Shown: piece by piece, positions 59,452 to 64,000 of the stretch | Position numbering within the stretch: position 1 is the first letter of the stretch | Layout: each line of letters begins with the position of its first letter | Source of the DNA: a candidate division FCPU426 bacterium | Lineage (GTDB): Bacteria; Oederibacteriota; Muellerivitia; Muellerivitales; Muellerivitaceae | Length of the DNA stretch: 64,000 bases | NCBI GenBank assembly: GCA_963847625.1 | Contig: CAWKAR010000032.1 | Coordinates: forward strand, 1-64,000 | Reading direction: 5' to 3' | Notes under the pieces: model-generated | Told to the model about the DNA's origin: nothing | Database searches by the model: none | Seen by the model: only the letters and a program-made list of their open reading frames with translations | Program-made: the position numbers and the translations under genes

Positions 59452-60393
59452 ATGAAGTTTCAACCACCCCGGTTTACAAGTCTAAACGATATGGCCGCTA
59501 TAGACGTTGGCCGTCTATCTGAGGACGAAGCACGAAAAGTCCTAGAGCAAATCCGTTGGCCTGAAGGCCCAGCCTGTGCCCACTGCGACTCCAAGAAGGT
59601 TATCAGACTAGAGACCGAGGCAGTTAGGGACGGCCTACTTAAGTGCTTAGACTGCCGTCAACAGTTCACCGTCTCGGTCGGTACGGTCCTTCATGGAAGC
59701 CACATAACATTAAGACAATGGGTACAAGCTTTCTATAGCCTTTGTGCCCATAAAAAGGGGGTTTCGGCTCTACAACTTCAAAGAGACCTGGGACTTGGCT
59801 CCTATAGGTCGGCTTGGCACCTAGCCCATAGGATCAGACTGGCCATGAAGCAAGACCCCTTGGCCTCTAAACTTAAGGGCGTGGTTGAAGTAGACGAAAC
59901 CTATATTGGCGGTAAGCCTCGTAGAGGTGGCCCAAAGTCTAAGCGGGGTCGTGGGACTAGGAAGACCCCAGTAATGGTCTTGGTTGAGAGAAACGGTAAA
60001 TCCGTCTCCCATCCTCTAGCTAACGTCACAAGTCAGACCCTTAAGACTGCCATTAAAGATAACGTAACTAAGGATTCCACCATAATGACCGATGAATTCC
60101 TATCCTATAACGGGGTAGGTAAGGATTTTGAGGGCGGTCATCAGGTGGTTAATCATGGCCGTGGGGAGTACGTCAACGGCCTAGCCAATACCAACACGGC
60201 GGAAAGCTACTTTGCCCTTCTAAAACGTGGCGTACATGGCACTTTCCACCATATTTCTAAGACTCATTTACCTAGATATTGTGATGAATTCTCGTTTAGG
60301 TGGAATAACAGGACCGTTGAAGATGGTGAAAGAGCCGTAAACGCTATTAAGGGAATGGTTGGGAAGAGACTGGTTTATAAGAATCCTGCCTGA
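59452..60393 (+). CDS. IS1595 transposase
   Basis: IRWPEGPACAHC zinc ribbon, VEVDETYIGG, IMTDE, NTNTAESYF, YCDEFSFRWN. Confidence 0.95.
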   Translation: MKFQPPRFTSLNDMAAIDVGRLSEDEARKVLEQIRWPEGPACAHCDSKKVIRLETEAVRDGLLKCLDCRQQFTVSVGTVLHGSHITLRQWVQAFYSLCAHKKGVSALQLQRDLGLGSYRSAWHLAHRIRLAMKQDPLASKLKGVVEVDETYIGGKPRRGGPKSKRGRGTRKTPVMVLVERNGKSVSHPLANVTSQTLKTAIKDNVTKDSTIMTDEFLSYNGVGKDFEGGHQVVNHGRGEYVNGLANTNTAESYFALLKRGVHGTFHHISKTHLPRYCDEFSFRWNNRTVEDGERAVNAIKGMVGKRLVYKNPA

Positions 60394-60437
60394 TTAAAAT
60401 AACGAACGGAAAATTTAGTTAAATTGTTTTCGTTTTC

Positions 60438-60803
60438 ATGGAAGCCAAAAAAACTGAACCTTGTAAAGGGAAGACTACTATGAATTCTGGGTTTTATACT
60501 GTGACTTCTGAGACCCGCCAATGGGATTTGGATGTGCTTGATAAACACGCTAAATACCAAAACATAAATATTGTTTTAGACCCCCGTTTCGGGCCACTCG
60601 ACAAGCAATTTACCAAATGGCGTAAAAAATTCATGCAATATTTATTGGACGATAAAGATAAAGCTTTTATGAAAAAGGTTTATGCGGATCGAAAAAACAT
60701 CCGTGTATATAAAATCCCGCAAAAAAATGCCGTGGGATTTTTTAAAAATAAAGAAGAGTTGGAAAAAACCGGGGTTAGGACAATTCCTGGAATAATTGGT
60801 TAG
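60438..60803 (+). CDS. Hypothetical passenger protein
   Basis: 121-aa basic ORF, no recognised motif. Confidence 0.5.
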   Translation: MEAKKTEPCKGKTTMNSGFYTVTSETRQWDLDVLDKHAKYQNINIVLDPRFGPLDKQFTKWRKKFMQYLLDDKDKAFMKKVYADRKNIRVYKIPQKNAVGFFKNKEELEKTGVRTIPGIIG

Positions 60804-60994
60804 GGTAGTTCGGCGACTTTAAAGAGATTCACTAGATTTCCACATACAGAATTAGGGCACACTAAAGTTATTATCCCATCCGAATTTTTATCCCTCAGTT
60901 GCTTTTTTGTAAAGCTATTAGGAATAATTTGTTTACATTTCCCGCATTGAAATACTGGGATTGTTTCGTCTGTGTTTATGCTTATTTCTGTCAT
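60800..60994 (-). CDS. Small zinc-finger-like protein
   Basis: CGKC...CPNSVC; AAAGGGA upstream. Confidence 0.55.
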   Translation of the reverse strand: MTEISINTDETIPVFQCGKCKQIIPNSFTKKQLRDKNSDGIITLVCPNSVCGNLVNLFKVAELP

Positions 60995-61005
60995 TTATTA
61001 TCCCT

Positions 61006-61221
61006 TTATCCAATTCCTTTAAATAAATCCGTAATCTCACAATCCAGAACCTTACTCATTTTCAATAACTGAAGCGTAGGAATGTTTATCTTTCCACGTT
61101 CCATCATGCTTACAGTATTTAAGTGGGCTTCCAGTAGTTCCGCGAATTTCATCTGGGAATAACCAGCTTTTTCCCTTAAGAGCTTTATGTTCTTGCCTAT
61201 TTTTTGAAGGTCATTTTCCAT
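61006..61221 (-). CDS. XRE-family HTH regulator
   Basis: IGKNIKLLREKAGYSQMKFAELL...SMMERGKINI. Confidence 0.88.
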   Translation of the reverse strand: MENDLQKIGKNIKLLREKAGYSQMKFAELLEAHLNTVSMMERGKINIPTLQLLKMSKVLDCEITDLFKGIG

Positions 61222-61305
61222 GACCCCAAAATAAAGCCTCTACCAACAAAATACTGCACAACCGTACTGGTTACAATATAATTGTGTTGTCTCGGGAGGT
61301 TGGTT

Positions 61306-61666
61306 ATGGGACTCAGAAAATGGGTAGTTTTGCTAGGCTTAAGCCTTATTGGATTAATGCTTGCTTCGTGTAGCCAAGCAGAGCGAGCTTTCCCGGGCTA
61401 TAAAGGAATTCCTTGGGGCATTCCAGTGAAAAGCACACAATTTAAAGGCGCTACACCTTTCAAACTAGAGGGCCAAGAGGAACCTTTGTTTGAAGAAGGA
61501 CAGGCATCTGTGCCTATAAATTTGATTGATAATGCGCCTTTCTATTACATTTTGGGCGTGCCATTAAATCAAGAATATCACATATACGAAGAGAAATTTT
61601 TCCCGATTGACGACATAAAGCGCTATGACGATTTGAATAACGGAATAGTTTATGTTTTTTATAAAG
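61306..61666 (+). pseudogene. Lipoprotein interrupted by IS30
   Basis: GGGAGG RBS, LASC lipobox, GYKGIPWG; sequence after about 61667 is antisense IS30. Confidence 0.65.
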
Positions 61667-61937
61667 GCCGAATTCACGGAGTAAGTGCAACACTTCGCCG
61701 GAAGACTTCCGCCGGAGTTTTAAAGCCCAAACATTTCCTGGGCCTGTTATTGAGCCATCTTTCTATGGTCCTGAATTCTTTGAAGGACACTTTAGCAAGA
61801 TCAGTCTTTTTAGGCAAATGGCGGCGGACAAGACCGATAGTATTTTCCACCGTACCTTTTTCCCAACTGTGGAAAGGGGCGCAGAAAAAGGATTTTGTAC
61901 CAAGCACGTGGTTGGTTTCCAAGTGGTTGGTGTTTCG
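61667..61937 (-). mobile_element. IS30-family remnant (transposase C-terminus and right end)
   Basis: FCAPFHSWEKGTVENTIGLVRRHLPKKTD...LNNRPRKCLGFKTPAEVF; end GTTGCACTTACTCCGTGAATTCGGCC. Confidence 0.88.
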
Positions 61938-62270
61938 CGTGACCGACGGCAGGGCGCCGGGCCTTCTGTAGCTTTCGGTGCGGGCCGTGGCGATGTCCAC
62001 CTTGCCGAATCCCGGCACCACGACGATGCAGGTGCCGAATCCAGTGAAGGCTTCCAAGCGGGCGCCGGTTATTTTCGCCAGGCTTTCCGCGATACTGATG
62101 CCGTCGCCTTCGACGGCAATGTCGATATCCACGCCCGGACGTCCGAGAAACAGGTCCCGCACGAAACCGCCCACGGCGTAGGCGGCTTCTCCACGTTCGT
62201 GGGCCAGCCGGCCGATCCTCTTCAGCAAAACCAGGGTTTTGTGCGGAATTTTGGATTCAATGTTTTTCAT
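61938..62270 (-). pseudogene. N-terminal fragment of CCA-adding enzyme / poly(A) polymerase family
   Basis: YAVGGFVRDLFLG...DIDIAVEGDG...DIATARTESY...GALP; breaks off before the RRDFT motif. Confidence 0.85.
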
Positions 62271-62365
62271 CTCGGTTCCTTCCCGTGGATTTGCAAATCA
62301 TTCCGGACTTGGGTGACAACCGTAGGCTCCATGGCCGAGGTGCCCCTTCATAAGTTGCTTCGCGC

Positions 62366-62737
62366 CCCGCCGGTAGATCCTGGCCAAAGACAATCCGATG
62401 GCCGTCAGGAGTTGTAACCACGATCTCCCGCATCCCGTAATGCCGGTCCGCCGGCGGCGTACAGGCCGCGCCGCGTGCGCTCAGGTCCGCATACAGCCCA
62501 TCGAGGTCATCGACGCTCAAATAGCCACTCAAGCCATGGGCACCGATGTCCGCTGCCGGCTTTTCGTCGGGGCAATGGCCTGACATTTAGGCGTACGGTA
62601 TCGCGCTCGACCAGACGCCAATCGGCGCCCTCCTCCAAAAACACCCGAAAGCCAAGCACATCCCGGAACCACGCCGCGCTGGCTTGCAGATCCTGGACCG
62701 CCAGGACAAAGGCCCAGGGAGCAATCTTTACCGCCAT
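62366..62737 (-). pseudogene. VOC/glyoxalase-family gene with a frameshift near 62586
   Basis: FVLAVQDLQASAAWFRDVLGF in one frame; YLSVDDLDGLY...YGMREIVVTTPDGHRIVFGQ in another. Confidence 0.8.
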
Positions 62738-62870
62738 GTCCGGCCTCATTGATCCATCAGTCCTCGACCAGCTTACCTACGGCGGCCGGGACAACAAGCT
62801 CCCTCCCGTGGCGCCCTCGCGAGCGCCCTTGACAGGCCGGGAATATTATAGCAATGTCATCCTTGCTTTA

Positions 62871-63543
62871 ATGAGTGCGGCAATGAAAACACCAACTCCG
62901 GCCACGCTATCCTGTTCCAGCTGAAAAGCCTCGGTGACGCGCAGGCGGAAACGCCGGCAAAACGGCTGCGGATCAGCGTGCAGGCGGTGCGGCAACGGTT
63001 GGAGCGGCTGCTCGCCGAGCAACTGGTGGAATTTACCGATGAGCCGCGCGGGCGAGGACGGCCGCGCCGGATGTGGTCGCTGACAGCGCAGGCAGCATCG
63101 CTGTTCCCCGTGATGCATGCGAAACTGACCGTCGATCTGATTGGCTCGATCCGCGCGGAACTCGGCGAGACCGCGTTTACCCGGCTGCTGGACCGGCGCG
63201 CGCAGGAAATCACCGCAGCCTACCGCAAGAAACTGGACCGGGAGCCGGATGTCGCCGGTGAACTCCGGACCCTGGCAGAAACACGCTTGGCGGAAGGCTA
63301 CATGGCTCGGCTCGAGGTACGATTGCTGGATGAGACCTGGCTGCTGGTCGAGGACCACTGTCCGATCTGCGCCGCGGCGACCGTTTGTCGGAAAGGTATT
63401 CCGGCAGCATCGAACTCCAGGTGTTTCGCAGCCTGCTGGGACCGGACTTTCAGGTTGACCGGCAGGATCACCTGTTGGCGGGCGCCCGCCGCTGCACGTA
63501 TCGGATTGCCCGCACAGCGGACACTTCACGGAGGGCAGCATGA
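62871..63543 (+). pseudogene. HTH metalloregulator (ArsR/SufR-like) with at least two frameshifts
   Basis: ILFQLKS...AVRQRLERL...GRGRPRRMWSLT...EDHCPICAAA, then ELQVFRSLLG...HLLAGARRCTYRI in another frame, ending at the ATGA overlap at 63540. Confidence 0.8.
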
Positions 63544-63869
63544 TCCACCAACTGCGCATCTACGAAATCTTCGACGAGAACAAGGCGCTGTTCCCCACAC
63601 GCTTTCGCGATCACGCGGCCCGCATCATGCGGCGGCACGGATTGAACATCGCAGCAATGTGGGGAAGCCCGCACACAGCAGCGCACGGAATTATCTATTT
63701 ACTGAAATGGCCGGACGAACACGCCAAAACCGCCGCCTGGGCGGCGTTCATGGCGAATCCTGAATGGGCGGAGATCAAACGCGTCACGCGACCGGCGCAC
63801 GGCAGTCTCGTCGGAGAGATTGCGGACCGGCTGTTGGTCCCGACGGATTATTCTCCCGCTCTGGATTGA
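63540..63869 (+). CDS. NIPSNAP-family protein
   Basis: MIHQLRIYEI...RFRDHA...AWAAFMANPEW...LVPTDYSP. Confidence 0.88.
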   Translation: MIHQLRIYEIFDENKALFPTRFRDHAARIMRRHGLNIAAMWGSPHTAAHGIIYLLKWPDEHAKTAAWAAFMANPEWAEIKRVTRPAHGSLVGEIADRLLVPTDYSPALD

Positions 63870-64000
63870 TCCGCTGTTTCGAAAGCTGCCGATGAGCAAT
63901 GACGCCACATCGCCGGTCGTCGCTCCTCCCTTCGCTTCAACCTGGGCGGCGCTGTTCACGCGCTACACCGGGCCTCGATCGGCGATGCTGGCCGGCGGCG

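Larger units (their letters stand above)
59334..61666 (+). mobile_element. IS1595-family element with passenger genes (ISNha5-like); right end missing
   Basis: Left end CGGAATTATGCACTTG fits CGGnnTT; the transposase is followed by four low-GC small genes; no matching right IR seen. Confidence 0.7.

Noticed and set aside
61282..61971. 229-aa lipoprotein as an intact gene
   Set aside because: Its C-terminal 100 aa are antisense IS30/cca sequence.
62978..63763. 261-aa HTH ORF as an intact protein
   Set aside because: Homology changes frame near 63395 and the tail overlaps the NIPSNAP gene out of frame.

Overview
Bacterial chromosome segment from a diderm organism. The many Thr/Pro-linker lipoproteins and CIA30/CBM11-like domains suggest an uncultured lineage such as candidate phylum FCPU426 (inference only). 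Four zones. (1) 1-25.2 kb: a polysaccharide-utilisation region with LacI and AraC regulators, secreted GH35, GH29, GH44 and GH2 enzymes, three non-catalytic carbohydrate-binding-type lipoproteins and three tandem paralogous large outer-membrane proteins (SLH-like N-terminus, coiled coil, predicted beta-barrel). No SusC/SusD pair is present; this is the best candidate for an undescribed system. (2) 25.2-33.1 kb: a variable island with a Fic gene, a complete IS3, a truncated AT-rich ATPase, several non-coding repeat families and an IS110/IS1111 element whose bridge-RNA guides can be matched by eye to a local repeat. (3) 33.3-59.2 kb: mostly housekeeping (ychF, ECF sigma module, pepA, UDG, GT2 cluster, MCP, PilZ, serA, clpX-clpP-tig, tRNA-Leu, glpD, trxB). 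(4) 59.3-64 kb: an IS1595 element with passenger genes, cut by an IS30 remnant fused to a CCA-enzyme fragment, then a high-GC frameshifted tail that may be an assembly chimera. All calls come from motif recognition; no database searches were run.
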